Shown here piece by piece: positions 37,461 to 51,534 of a stretch of DNA of 64,000 nucleotides. The stretch comes from Tubiluchus corallicola (Eukaryota > Animalia > Priapulida): contig JAQGDQ010001037.1 of the NCBI GenBank assembly GCA_030141605.1, positions 1 to 64,000 on the forward strand. Direction: 5' to 3'. The notes beneath the pieces were generated by a model. That model had not been told where the DNA came from, made no database searches, and saw only the letters and a list, made by a program, of their open reading frames with translations. The stretch's first letter is position 1, and each line of letters starts with the position of its first letter. Made by a program: the position numbers and the translations under genes.

Positions 37461-38627
37461 CCCCGTGAAACTGATGAGACTATAGGGAAACATTTACTAG
37501 CAAAAAATTCCACAGATAAGAGGCCAGATGAAAAACTTAATTTATTAGCCTCGTTCTGGACAGCATTTTGAGTTGTTGATGGTAACAGTACGAGCTCTAG
37601 ACAAATCATAGGGCTATTATTGGTATAACCATTAAACCATTAAATTATAACCAGTAAGCCAATGAAAATGTTGTAAAAGAATTGTTGAACCGAGTAACTA
37701 AACTCATTAAAACTTAATTAGATCTCTACAATTAGCTTCCATTAGATTTCGTTAATAATTATCTCATACAATGCACAGTTTTGTGGTGAACAGAAACATG
37801 ATCTCTTACGTGAAAGCTTTGAAGTAAATTCAATAGAATTTGAGATGTTTTTATAAATAGGTTTCGTGTCTTTCTCTTCCTGCAGCTAAAACGTCTGAAT
37901 CTTTTGATGTGTTTTGGAGCAAAAACGAGCAATTTTTTTACTGCTCACGCGTGGCTGAATCCAGTAAGATAGTGATTAACGGCAGGGAGTTTCCACTTTT
38001 TGCTTGGCTTATCATCTCACGAGCCGTTTAAATTGCAAATTTATTAGTCTGCGGGGGAGTTGGGTGCACCGCTAATGCATACCAGTAAAGAGAGCATACG
38101 CTGAGACCTCTTTTCGCTTCTATGATAAGATTATAGATAATTTTAATTTGTAACTTAAAATTATTTTCACATATTACTGACTAATCCGGCTATGCAAGTA
38201 TAACATATGCATGCGCTACTAACTAACAACTGCTGTTATACAAGAATAATGCTTTAGATAAAATATAATAATTTAATTTACATTTACATTATACTTTAAT
38301 TTACATAGCTCGCAGTACTAATCTAAGTAGAGTTTTGTTATTAAATTAGTAGAAGGGTGGTAGACTCGATGACCTTTCGGTTTTTTCGCCACCCTGTCTC
38401 TCTTAGTAGTCACATCATTTGTTAATGCTATGTTGATTGTTATTGAGACAAATAAATTATTCTGTATTCTGTATTATTAGACAAGGTACTAGAGGATTCA
38501 AGGCGCTGAACATTTTACAGCTGGCTTTTAATTGTCGTGGTAGAATAGGATCCTTTGGGGGGGGGGGTGGCAAAATTCGTACACATTCCGACGTCATTAC
38601 TATTTCGTGGTCACCTTGGAGTCATTT

Positions 38628-38830
38628 GTTCAGTTCAATTCAATTTTATTGCGCAAATACAATAGGCATGGCAAAACATTACAATTATAAAAAAAATCAA
38701 ACTACAAGAACAAATACAATTATGCAACGTTGCAAAAATGAGCTTGTACAAGATATTTACTTAAATAGCCAACTTAAATCTGATAAGAAATTATGTGCTC
38801 TTATGAAATCGTATTTTTGCTACAACTACA
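38628..38830 (-). mobile_element. LINE 3' end remnant
   Basis: The minus strand ends AATAAAATTGAATTGAACTGAAC, a short-repeat tail after a polyA signal. Confidence 0.45.
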
Positions 38831-39237
38831 AGGAACTAATAAAAACACAAAATCTAACTAATTAAAATAATCACAAACGAGATGAAATTACACAATCACA
38901 GCACAATGTTAATCCAGCACTCATATATTAACACCAACATGTAACTGCCCTTTTTATCACGTTTGTTTAAGTAGTTTCCAAAATGAATAAAGTCGTCTGG
39001 GTGTGTATTTAGAAAAAGCCGCATTACTGAGTATACATTACCTTTTTGCAAAGATAAATTATATATTTTATTCTCATATTTTTGTCTAATATCTTTATAC
39101 AGAGGACAGGTAAAAAGGTAATGTAGTTCGGTTTTTAACTAATTTTGAACGCTTGTTTCTCGTGTAACCATCATCGTCTCAAAGACAAAAGACAAGAGTT
39201 ATTTACCGTCACTCATTCAATAGACAACATTAGCACT

Positions 39238-39730
39238 CACGTACGGGTACCTAGACTCGAACTCAAGGCTACCTGAAGTCTCTTACCTCGCATACTTCAT
39301 CAGTTGCTCATTCTATGACAGCTAGTTCCTCTCACGCAACTTTGTACCTTGTGTTACTTGCCCCTTTGCCCGTTGAGCTGAAATTCTGCCGGTTTTACCG
39401 TATGTACGGGCACCTAGACTCGAACTCAAGGCTACGTGAAGTCTCTTACCTTGTCTACTTCATCAGTTGCTCATTCTATGACAGCTAGTTCCTTTCACGC
39501 AACTTTCTTCGTTGTATTACTTGCCCCTTTGCCCATTGAGCTTAAATTCTGCTGCTTTTACCGTACGTATTGGTACCTAGACTCGAATCTAAGGCTACAT
39601 GAAGTCTCTTACTTCATCAGTTGCTCATTCTATGACAGCTAGTTCCTCTCACGCAACTTTCTTCGTTGTGTTACTTGCCCCTTTGCCCGTTAAACTTAAA
39701 TTCTGCCGCTTTCACCGTATGTACGGGCAG
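39238..39730. repeat. Three tandem units of about 165 bp carrying a Pol III B-box-like motif
   Basis: Repeated GTACGGG.ACCTAGACTCGAACTCAAGGCTAC...CCCCTTTGCCC. The minus strand contains GAGTTCGAGTC. Confidence 0.8.
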
Positions 39731-40328
39731 CTGGTGTGAAAATCTCTGTAAATTCCACTACAGCTAAGATAATATTTGTCAAAGCTATACTTGCTTTCGT
39801 TGTATAAACAGATCCCCGGCCATTTGTACAACTGACTTTCTGAGGTACGCAGTAGTAAATTAGCAAGATATTCACCATCGTCTTTCAAAGAATGTGACAT
39901 TGTCTCGCATGTTTGAGAGTGAAAGAAGATGAGTGTTTGGAAACGTGCCATCTACAGGTCTAAATTAGAGTGTGGAACGCCATCTACAGGGTCAAATTAG
40001 AGGTAGATGTAGTTAGGCCTCATGCAAGGGTTGCCTGCTGTGTATAGCAACACAATAGCTTACTGGTATATGTAGTTTTTCTGCGGATGGAAAATTTGTG
40101 ATTCTACAACGATTTAGAGACTAATGTTTTCAATTAACATCACATATTAGTAAGTTTGTTGACGAACAACACAATACAATGTATGCAAGGAATCACGCAT
40201 CATACAAAAGCATCTCAATACTTGGGTATAATCGTCACTTTGAAACAGTAAAAGAAACAGTAGAGGTTAAGCAGTTCATTCTATTTTTTTGCAAAAAAAA
40301 ACATAATTACACTAATGTTCTGTCATTG

Positions 40329-40833
40329 TATAGGTTTTACACGTCAAATGTAGACCTGCGTTAACTCAAATGTAGATTTAGGTCATTCAAATGTGTCTTG
40401 GTAACTCAAATGTAGACTTAGGTGGTTCCAACGTGTTAACAATGGTTTTCAACAAATCTTAATAAAGCGTAAAGCATCTTCTTGCAGATATTAGAGAAAA
40501 TCTTCTAGTGCAGAATCACGGTCAGAGAATGGCAATATTAGCGCAGTTGGCAGAACAGTCTGTTAATATCATAACGGCTGCAGATGCAGGGCATTTTGTA
40601 ATTTGCACTTAAATGAGTTAATTACCAATTTATTTAAAGTACCGCACTACATTTGACTTACCTAAGTCACATTTGAGTTACCAAAACACATTCGAAATTC
40701 CTATGTCTACATTTGAGTTACCTAAGTCACATTTGAGTTACCAAAACACATTCGAAATTCCTATGTCTATATTTGACTTACCTAAGTCACATTTGAACTT
40801 TCCCGTGTCTACATTTGACGTGTAAAACCTATA
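40329..40833. mobile_element. Foldback-type MITE with 27-bp TIRs and subterminal repeats
   Basis: TATAGGTTTTACACGTCAAATGTAGAC and GTCTACATTTGACGTGTAAAACCTATA, with repeated AACTCAAATGTAGA motifs on both arms. Confidence 0.85.
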
Positions 40834-42136
40834 CTTCGAATGAGTCTGAGGAAATACATTGATTTGATTGACCCAATAAAGTAAAAAATTGTTTTGTTTA
40901 CGTCTTGTAATTTGTTTTGTTGTGGTATATAGTTGTGTGCTCTTCTGTCGTGTATATGGTAAACATTTGTCGTCACTTTTAACCTTGGCATTTTCCCATT
41001 GACTAAGTGTAATTTTTAGATGGTCAGTTCAGTGATCAGTGCTACTGTTTCACCAACTAGCGTGGACATCGGATACTAGGTCTGTTCATTTTGCGTCGCT
41101 TTGGACAATTCAGTTGAATAAATCGTGAGCGCAATCTTCTGTCGCTGTCGTCAGTTTACCATCTTACTTGCAGTGAAGCCCTTTCTCTACGCAACGCACC
41201 CCCAATAGCTTGTTCCAATCAGGAAAAAAAGGCATAAGAGTTCGCGAAAACGAAGCGTTCTCGGCGGGTGATGGGTTAAATCCGAGTATCCCATTTCTTT
41301 GACGTCTACGTGGGAGTCTTAACGAGATAGCTAAGACTTTGTCAAGATGTTTTGAAAACAGCTCGTAGATACAGTAACTGTCATTTGACTATATTTTCGT
41401 TTAGTCGTAGCTTTAACTCACGTTGCGCTATTTCTTGTCACGAAATTACCAACGTTGTTTGTTTGCATTACCATTGAGTGATGATCATAACAGTGCAAAG
41501 TGTATGGTAGTTTGTACACAGTTTACATAAACCGAAAAACTTCACCCTTGCTCGTCTGAACAAAGCATTTGATGTGTCTCTAGTGCCTGGAAATACGAAA
41601 TCGTTTCTGCCAATTGAGCTGACCGAGTGGCAGTTTTACTAATGCTTTTCCTACCTGCGTCTCAAAGAACAACAACTGCACAAAACTACTACTAAAATGT
41701 TGAATAACCCCGTGTATCAGTGAACTTTAAATTTATGCCCACTGTACGCAACTAGGCCAGAAGTTATTATGGATTAATGGAAATTTATCTTTTAAATAGG
41801 GAGTCCTAGAAGCGTCCTTTTTGCACGTTATAACACCCATCAAAAACATCATATGTCTACAAAATATTTTAAAAAGCGAGTCTTAGAGGCGTTTTTTCTT
41901 TCTTGCACGCTATGGCACCCATCAAAAACATCATATATCTACAAAATATTTTAAACATAAGCAATAATTGAGGGCCAAACATTGTTATTGGCTTGGGCAA
42001 AAATCAAATCAAGACAAAAAATTCACAGGCAAGAAAGTCGTAGAAAAAAGTCACAGGAAAAAGAAAAGACCCTGACGCTAGCTAAAATTAATTTTTTTCC
42101 AGTGAGTTTGTTTCCAGCCTGAAATTGTGAGTTTTT

Positions 42137-42882
42137 CCGTACTTTTTCTGCTATGAATTACTGTCTAATGGCAAAATCCGTACTTTTTGTGCTGTGAATT
42201 ACTGGCTTTTGGCAAATCCGTACTTTTTCTGCTATGAATTACTGGCTTTTGGCAAATCCGTACTTTTTGTGCTGTGAATTACTGGCTTTTGGCAAATCCG
42301 TACTTTTTGTGCTGTGAATTACTGGCTAATGGCAAAATTTGTACTTTTTCTGCTGTGAATTACTGTCTAATGGCAAAATCCGTACTTTTTGTGCTATGAA
42401 TTACTGGCTTTTGGCAAATCCGTACTTTTTGTGCTGTGAATTACTGGCTAATGGCAAAATCCGTACTTTTTGTTCTGTGAATTACTGGCTAATGGCAAAA
42501 TTTGTACTTTTTATGCTGTGAATTACTGGCTAATGGCAAAATTTATGGCAAAATCCGTACTTTTTGTGCTGTGAATTACTGGCTAATGGCAAAATCCGTA
42601 CTTTTTGTTCTGTGAATTATTAGCTAACGGCAAAATCCGTACTTTTTGTTCTGTGAATTACTGGCTAATGGCAAAATCCGTACTTTCTGTGCTGTGAATT
42701 ACTGGCGAATGGCAAAATGTATACTTTTTGTGCTGTGAATTACTGGCGAATGGCAAAATGTATACTTTTTGTGCTGTGAATTACTGGCGAATGGCAAAAT
42801 GTATACTTTTTGTGCTGTGAATTACGGGCGAATGGCAAAATGTATACTTTTGTGCTATGAATTACTGGCTAATGGCAAAATC
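42137..42882. repeat. 40-41-bp minisatellite, about 18 copies
   Basis: Unit CCGTACTTTTTGTGCTGTGAATTACTGGCTAATGGCAAAAT. Confidence 0.95.
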
Positions 42883-43639
42883 ATGCTACATCTGTAAAAA
42901 ATTTTACACGTTGTGCAGGTGTATCTTTGAGCAAGTGTTACAAGACCATAGATTTTGATTAGTCTTTGGGGAAAATGGCGCCACTGCCGGAGAGTGTAGA
43001 GGCGTTTGAGAGTTAAGACTAATTTTTACTCGCATTTCAAAGTTTTGGGTGTGGTTTAGAGGTGTGATAATTTAAGGGTGCGATGAACTAGGGACCCCAG
43101 ATGAATAGTAAAACAGAGTTGCCACGGCAGCTGCAAGACTAGTACTTTTGTCCCCAAACCGGGTGTGCAAATATTAAGAACTGTATACTTTACCCCCTTT
43201 ATGGCCTTAACAGCTAATGGCTTTAGCATGTTAATACGACTCTTCGTCTAGCCGTTAGTATATTATTTCTAGTCTGGTGATGTTTGCTAACCCATTTGAC
43301 CAAGCAATTTTCGGAGAGTTACTACACGGTAGCTAGAACAGATCAAGAGCTAGGGCAGCTGTAGTTTCTACAGTCTGGTAAAATCAATACCGTCGCTTCC
43401 CCTGCTGGCTTCCTCGTCTGCTGAATGTTTGAGGGGCGGATCCAGTATCACTACAACGCCCCGTGTAGTGTTTGTTGACGCCTCTTTACTTTGTCTGGCC
43501 TCGCCACTTCGTTCTAGTACTACCTCTGTTACTGTATCCTATAGTCATTTTGATTTTTGAATTTTTTCATGACAGGTGTCGCTGGTTTCGCACGCCGTCA
43601 CAGCTCACCCCACGTGCGCGTGCGCCCCTTGCTTGGTTG

Positions 43640-43661
43640 ATGAGTCGGTCTGGGCCGCCTG
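43640..43661 (+). CDS. Candidate first coding exon of abLIM (MSRSGPP-G)
   Basis: ATG followed by a phase-1 donor G|gtactt that fits exon 48041. GC-rich context with an upstream acceptor near 43574. The donor is weak. Confidence 0.35.
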
Positions 43662-45599
43662 GTACTTGTGAAAGCATCGACTAAATCAGGGTCACTGAGG
43701 AATGGGAAAGTTGTTATCCAAAATTTTTGTATTGAAGGTTTTATACAAGCATATCTCCCTCAGACAACCACACATGATCTCCATTTTGGGTGGTGGGGTG
43801 GAAATTTTTTCGAGGAGACATTTCTGTCTTACTAATGAAATTCTTTTAACACGTGGAGTACTTTATTTGTGTGAAGTTGTCACGTTGGTTTCCAATTTTC
43901 TCATATATTCTGCCATAAATGTTATTAAATCAACCTTTTTATTGGGCTGCTAAAGCTCTTAATATATATTTTTATGAGTTCTGTTTTGTTCCTGTACTTA
44001 TATTAGATTTTTTTAACATTTCTAAGCATGCTCGCAAGAGGGTGGTGTAAGAGAATAGAGGTAAATAAGTCGAATGGGCTTCCTTTGAAAGGATGTAGAA
44101 TACCTCTGAAAGCTATATTGTAGTTTGACAGTTTGATATTTTAAAGTAGTGTATCTGTATTTAGAATTGTATAAACAGGGTTGTCCAGAAAACCAACCTT
44201 TTTATTGGGCTGCTAAAGCTTCTACAGCAACATTTCACGAGTTATGACATTATATCACGATTTATGACATTATAACGTCTGACTCTGTTATTGCGAATTA
44301 AAAATAACCTTCTCTGCGCTTTTGGTAACTGCTGCTCAACGTTTTAAATACATATATTTATAAATTACCTTTGTCCGTGCTTGGTAAAATTCATAATGTT
44401 GTCAACCGTTTGACGGGCCTAGATGGTTTCTAAGTGGGCCACTTTCGGTGGGCCTAAAATAATTTAATGCCAAAATTCTGAATTATTCCTCGCCACTAGT
44501 TATTCACTGTTACATGCATTTCGTCGACGAAATGCATTAGACAGGCACTTGCGCTTGCATTTCAGATATGCGTTACACAAAAAACGGGGTGCTGTACCTT
44601 TCAGTTCAGATGTTTTAGTTTGGGACGAACTGCACAAATTCGACAGCTCATGCATGAGCTCAGCGGTAAATTTGAATTTTTATCTTAAAGCTTACCTAGT
44701 TTTAGTACAACACGCTGAATGTCTTACATTGTCATTACACTTCAATTTTTGTTTCCCCAAATACGTGCAAGACGCTCATGCAATATTTTTGCTCGTGGAA
44801 AATTGTTAGTTTGTGATGTTGTCAATAGTTGGGCTCGCAAACTGTTAATCAAGTTTTTAATCTATTATTTAACTATCTATCATTTGTAGTATTAATTGTG
44901 CTAATAGGTATGCTTTTTATCGGACTTCAAATGGGGTAGTATATGAAATCTCATTCGTAGGCCCTGCAGATGGTCCGTCTGGACTTAAGCCTGTTGTAAC
45001 ATATCAATCTTGCCAATATAAATACATTATCTTAAAAGTTATTTGTTTTAAATTTACATGTTAATCTTGTAATGGTCAAATATGTGTACCAATGCAACAT
45101 TAGATTAGAATGTCTGAGAAATTTTCACCTCCACTGGGACTCGAACTCAAGACCTACTGCTTGTATAAACTAGTTAAACTGCATGCATGTCTAAGTACTA
45201 GTTCACTTTGCAGTATCCACTTAACAGTTTGAATGGAACGATGCAAATCTTTACGACTGTGCAGGTCTGTGTTGTATTCGCATGCAATCTTCACCAAAAT
45301 ATCTCGTGCGCACGGAATTTTACAATTTACATCACTTGCGTGCAGAAGACTGGCTTAGAAGAAAACGCCTTTGTTTAAATTTATACAGATGACGCGTTCA
45401 AATAGTAATTTTGTTGCCTGCAATTCCCACAGCGCTCAAGAAAACTTTTTTCCTAGGAATTATTTCGTGTTAAAATTTTCTAGCTGTGTTTGGACAGTAA
45501 CTGGGCAACGTTTACGTTTCGTATTAGAAACCCTTTCGATTTCAAGTTTTAATATTTGACGGTATTGAATTCCACTCAATAGTACAGGTTATGCGGACA

Positions 45600-45965
45600 G
45601 TATTATGTTCACTCAGCAGCAGGGGCGGATCTGAGAGAAGGGATGCTGTGTGTAGCAGCAGGAGGCGGATCTGAGAGAAGGGATGCTGTGCGTAGCAGCA
45701 GAAGGCGAACAGTATTATGTTCACTCAGCATCAGGGGCGGATCTGAGAGAAGGGATGCTGTGCGTAGCAGCAGGAGGCGGATCTGAGAGGAGGGGTGCTG
45801 TGCGTAGCAGCAGGAGGCGGATCTGAGAGAAGGGGTGCTGAGCGTAGCAGCAGGAGGCGGATCTGAGAGAAGGGGTGCTGTGCGTTAGCAGCAGGAGGCG
45901 GATCTGAGACAAGGGTTGCTGTTCGTAGCAACAGGAGGCGGATCTGAGACAAGGGGTGCTGTGTG
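45600..45965. repeat. About 40-bp GC-rich minisatellite
   Basis: Unit GCGGATCTGAGAGAAGGGATGCTGTGCGTAGCAGCAGGAG. Confidence 0.9.
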
Positions 45966-46525
45966 AAGGCTAAATTAAAGTGAATGAATGGGAGTATACA
46001 GAGTGAAGTAAGAATTATAATCTGTGTCCATCTTGCTTAAGTCTACAAAGTGAATTTTTGTGGTTAATTCATAACTTGATGCAGATTTTGGCAAGTTGCC
46101 AACAACCTCGTGTTCCGCCATATTCAGTCTGAGGCTTTTAATAGAAAGAGAAAACTCGGGTTGGACAGTGAGTCACAACTGATTGTGATAAATGGTTAAG
46201 CGAGTATGACTACAGCCAATCTATTTTATATTAGCGACGTGTGTCAGCGTTGACATTTTAAACCTCAGTGCTCTAAGGCTGGCTGGCTATTGACATCAGT
46301 TTAGATTTCACCCTCCATTTCCTTTCGCTTTCAATTGCGGTGGTTAGAATATGTGTCACAAACTCACAAACGATTTATAACTGTAGTTCGTTTATGGTTC
46401 ATGATAAATCGTTATAAATACAGTAGCAATAAACACTCGGTGTTGTAATTATTTCCACCTCCTTAGCCTAGTACATTGTATTTGTATTGATTGTGTTTGG
46501 TTGTTACGCAAAAACAAATATTTAA

Positions 46526-47146
46526 TGGAAGACAGGATGATTTTTCATATACTAATCCATTTTCAAGTCCGGTAAAAATATACATTTTAAGGCAATTAAT
46601 ACTTCAAAAGCGTTTCTGATAATTAAATAATAGATTAAAAACTTAATTAACGGCGGGCGAGCCCAACTATTGATGACATCACAAACTAACATGATTTTCG
46701 ATAGCAAAAATATTCTACGAGCGTGTTACACGTGTTTGCGAAAGCGAAAATTGATGTACAGTGCTACGTACTGTGAGATATTCAGTCTGTTATACTAAAA
46801 CTAGGCATGTTTTAAGATAAACATTCAAATTTCAAATTTACCATTGTGCTCACGTATGAGCTGTCGAATGTGCGTATTTTGACAGAAGCTAACACAACTG
46901 AACTGAGATGTACAGCACCTGTTTTTTGCGCAATGCGTTTCCGAAATGCAGGCACTAGTGCCTGTCTAACTGGCGAATGGCGAAATGCATGTAACAGGAA
47001 GAACTAGTGGTGCAAACGTGAAATTGTGTTTGTGTGGTAATAATTCTTTCGCGTAAGTCATTTTTGAAGAAATAGTATTTTTCCTTTCAATATTTTAAAG
47101 AGTAGATTGTTTTTACCCGCAATTTAAGATTGGGTCTGGTTTTGCT
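46526..47146. mobile_element. TTAA-type element family K2, full-length copy
   Basis: TTAA-TGGAAGACAGG...GGTCTGGTTTTGCT-TTAA. Confidence 0.8.
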
Positions 47147-48040
47147 TTAATTGTGTTGTCATTAGTACATCGTAAAATCTTGGCTGATAATAAAAAAATA
47201 TCTCACTCATCTGCTGTTGACATTATTTACTGTTATATTTATTTTCCATAACAAACATAATACCAAGTTGTAAAATTTATCCAAAACAAAACAGCCGAAA
47301 CAGTCAATTTTTGCACGAGCACAAAATAAATAATACTTTGTTTGGCTGCCAGAGGTCTGGCAAAGGGTTAGTCTCGTTTAGACACGCAAAAGACCAGAAG
47401 GTTTTTTGTCTATCAGTGCTCTGTTTAGTGTTTTTATAAAATATTTTTTTATTTTATCACTACAAACTGATTTTCTGCATACAAAACTGTCTTCTGTAAC
47501 ATGCAAGAGTGTTAGGAGAAAATGGCCAAGTGGTCATGGTGTCTTCTCCGCTAGTCGTACTGGTACATAAAATATCTGCTTCTATAATGACAGTTTTATA
47601 ATAGTATTTGAGACCACGTGTAAGAATCATATGCAAAGGTATTAGGAGAGGTAATAGCTGACAGTTTATGGTATTTTCTTTCCCAGTCAATTATGAAGAT
47701 AAGAAACACTTGGCCTGCTAATAAGTGAATGGGTGACTTCCAGAAAAATTGTTTCTTAATGGCTTCATGTGGCAGCTTCTCACTGTTTCTTTTGCTTGTG
47801 AAAGAAATCCATGCATCCCAATGTGGTTAAGGCCTCTGCTCGTCTTGGAAGATTATTCTTGCTAAGCTAGTGTCAGGTCCTGCCACAAGCGTCCACAGGA
47901 AGAGCAGGATGTCAATTTGGCGGACGTCAATTGCAGGACCTGATCTGGCTTCTTGTTTGATCATTTTGCACCCTGAAAGTAGCATTTCTGCACGTTCTAA
48001 CTTGTGTTTCCCTAGCATTTATTGATATTTTTTATTTCAG

Positions 48041-48136
48041 GAAAAGTACCTTGTGCCAGCTGTAAGAAGAAGTGCAAAGGGGAAGTACTAAAAGTGCAAG
48101 ACAAACATTTTCATCTAGACTGCTTCAAATGTAAAC
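48041..48136 (+). CDS. ABLIM: Actin-binding LIM protein (abLIM/unc-115), LIM1 exon (KVPCASCKKKCKGEVLKVQDKHFHLDCFKCK)
   Basis: tttcag acceptor and C|gtatgc donor, phase 1-1. abLIM LIM1 signature CKGEVL.VQ.KHFH..CF.C. Confidence 0.9.
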
Positions 48137-48214
48137 GTATGCATCATTTAATGACTTGCTTGATTTGTATAACAAGTATTGAAAGAAGTTTACAATTTCC
48201 CACACCATTTAAAT

Positions 48215-48665
48215 ACTCTAGCCCTAATCCTAACCCTAGTCCTAACTCGCCCTAACCCTAATCCTAATCCTAACACCCAAACTGTAATCTTAACCCTAAC
48301 CCTAACTCACCCTAATCCTAATCTTTATCCTAACTCAATCTAACCCTAATCTTAACCCTAACTCACCATAACCCTAATCCTAACCCTAACTCAACCCAAT
48401 CCTAACCTTTATCCTAACTCAGCCTAACCCTAATCTTTATCCTAACTCATCCTAACCCTAATCCTAGCCCTAATTCACCCTAACCATAATCCTAGCCCTA
48501 ACTCACCCTAACCCTAATCCCAACCCTAACTCACCCTAGCCCTAATCTTAACCCTCACTCAACCTAACCCTAATCTAAACCCTAATCCTAATCTTAACCC
48601 TGATCCTAACCCTAACCTTAACTCTCCGTAACCTTAACTCACCCTAACCCTAATCCTAACTCTAA
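48215..48665. repeat. Degenerate (CCTAAC/CCTAAT)n telomere-like tract
   Basis: About 450 bp of TTAGGG-variant hexamers on the minus strand. Confidence 0.9.
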
Positions 48666-49652
48666 TTTCTTGTGTGTGAAAATGGTAGGCTTTAGCCCCC
48701 AAGTATTTAATTTCATAATTTTTTTGTACAAAATTTATTTTTGTGATACTAATATTGATTTCTAGATATTGCTAAGATGCAATACATATATGAGTTTTAC
48801 ATCTTCAAAGCCAACCTTGTTTTCTATTTTTTAGCTGGCTCTACTAATGCCAGTGCTGTTTATGTAAGTGGGCTCTAAACTTTAGATAAAACTTTCTCAC
48901 TGATAACGGTTCAAAAGGTTAAAACGTTCAAAATCATAATCCATATTAATTTTAGTAACTAGTATGAATTAATATGGATTAACATATTCTAGCAGTATTC
49001 TAGTAACTTGTGCCTCTGGTCAAAAGTCGTGATTTTAATCATTTTCACTTTGTGGCCAGAGCTGCTAAAAAGTGGGATCTGTTAATAAATAAAATTATTT
49101 TAAAATTTTAAAAACTTTTTAAATTTCATACTGAGATTTTGTAATGAAGCAGGTCAAACATTCCTTGCGTTAAATATATGATTTAAATTTTGTTAACTAC
49201 ATACTGGACAAGAGAAATGGCTCATACATAGAAGAAAGTATTTGAATTTTCATTTTAAAACTTTAAGCAATCCATTGGATTGGCCATGTAAACACATGCT
49301 GACTTAACCTTTGACCTACAGCATTGTCACGTCTCTATGTACTCAAACTTTTCTGTGAACGGTTAAACAAATCCACATTTTCTGCGTTTCTAAAAAATTC
49401 AGTACTTGGCAAGGTAACTTTCATGAATAGAGTTAGCAAATGTAACACATTAATGTTATCTCTGTTTAATGGTGTAATTTCCTTGTTAATAGATGGCACT
49501 GTCATTGCACCTGTGTTATGTCTGATGTGTTATTGCAAGTACTGTTTACAGCATAGGAGACGGCATCTACTAAACTTGTTTCTGAACTAGCAATAGTTAG
49601 TACAGCTAAAGTTAACTGAGTTATTAAATCATTACCATAATGTTTTTATTAG

Positions 49653-49836
49653 AATGTAAGAAATCACTGGCATCTGGCGGATTTTTCTGTAAAGACGATC
49701 AATTTTACTGCAGCGAAGATTATCAGACGCAGTTTGGAACCCGCTGTGCAAAATGCAACGAGTACGTAGAAGGGGAGGTTATCACAGCACTCGGGAGAAC
49801 CTATCACCAGGGGTGCCTACTGTGCACGTTCTGCGT
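49653..49836 (+). CDS. ABLIM: abLIM exon (CKKSLASGGFFCKDDQFYCSEDYQTQFGTRCAKCNEYVEGEVITALGRTYHQGCLLCTFC)
   Basis: ttag acceptor and GT|gtatgt donor, 184 nt, phase 1-2. End of LIM1 and start of LIM2. Confidence 0.9.
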
Positions 49837-51424
49837 GTATGTATTGATTAATGGAAATATTTACAAACTGTGGTAGGAAGACTACATAGTTTATAATAGG
49901 ATAATCAGTAGGTGGAGAGCAGACAGTCCGTGAAGTTACCGAAACAAAGATTTCGCTTTGGTTTGTCGGTAATTGCACTTTTGGTTGCTTAAGTTTTGTA
50001 ACCGAAAATTTTGGTTATTTTCGGTGGCAGCTTTCCGAGGTTTTTTTAGTAACTATGAATGTATTTCACACATCAAAATACAATATTGTACACATTAATA
50101 AACAATAAATAAAATGATTTGAGTAGTGCGAGGTGAGTTTACGACCATACGTAATTATTAAAGTAATGCGAGCTTTTGTAGATGACTTAGTGTAATTGAT
50201 GTAATAAAGTAAATGATGTAATAATAGCAAGGAAACAAGGAAAACATAATATGTAATTACGATTTTGATATAGGCTGCGATGAATGAATAATTTCATTTA
50301 AATTGATTTATACCTTTTACTAATAACGTAACAAAGGTCGTAATGATAATATTTTTTCAGTAGTATTTTTTCAGCTTACATTTTTTCCTTTAGATGTTAA
50401 AAACTGTTGAAATTTTTTTGGCTAAAATAGTTCAAATAAAGTGAAAATATCGTTTATTTAACTTTTTGTACTATTTGTAGCATGCTTTTTACGGCAATGT
50501 GGCATATCTTCAGTGCTGACGACTGTGAAGCTTTAAGGTCTCCAGACACAATCAACCGAAATATCAAAGCATAATTTGAAAAAACAAATAATTATAATTA
50601 AATTATGAAATATAGAGAACAATTTTAAAATTTGTCAATTTTTTGAAGCACATGATCTTTAACCATGAACATTGTTCTATTTTTTTGGTTAACATTTTTT
50701 GACTAGCTACTTCATCAAGCTTCTGTCAGAGCAAATGTGAGCAAACGAGCAAAAGCAAAGAATTTCATTTATTTCAGATATTTTTCAGTTTTGATAGTAG
50801 TTTTTTTTGCGAAAAAAATTTCGGTTCAATTTCGTTTCGGTGTTTCATAAATTTTGGTTTTTGGTTTCTGCTTGTGATTTCAGTTTCGGTAACATGATAT
50901 CGAATCTAACTCCTGGCTATCAAATTCGAATTGAATCGAATTTCAGGATTTGGAATTCAAATTCAAATTCAGTATTAAAAACTTTCCTTCTTCTTCTTCA
51001 TTTAAATGCATCAACATCATCAAATTGAACACTCTAACACTTGATTATGCTCTTAGCTTTGTGAATGTCGTACAAACGTCAAACTTGCATCCAGTGCAAA
51101 TAAGAACGATTTTCTAATGAGGGTCTAATAAATGCATGGAATAAATTTCGAAGCAGTAATCATTTGTGGACAGAGATTGAGGTTGAACTGTGCAGATTGC
51201 TTCATAATTCAAACATCTTAAAACTTCCGATGATAAAGAATGGACGTAACTGTAGAGCGAAATTATTCAAATTCATGATTTTGATTTGGATTGGGTTAGT
51301 TCTAATCAAAAGAAAACTCGAGGGAATTGAATGTTCGATGCTCACCCGAATGTAGGTGTATCTTACGTATTCTTACTGTTAAATTACTGCGATACGAAGT
51401 TTGATTGAAAAATGTGGCCAAAAG

Positions 51425-51534
51425 CATTGTTTATAACAATGATAATCTATTCACTGTTGTCAATGTTTATAACAATGATAATCTATTCACTGTTGTCATT
51501 GTTTATAACAATGATAATCTATTTACTGTTGTCA
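51425..51534. repeat. 36-bp tandem repeat, 3 copies
   Basis: Unit TTGTTTATAACAATGATAATCTATTCACTGTTGTCA. Confidence 0.85.

Noticed and set aside
43702-43953. MGKLLSK ORF as the abLIM start exon
   Set aside because: I found no convincing phase-1 donor to join exon 48041. The 43640 candidate fits the phase better, though it is also uncertain.
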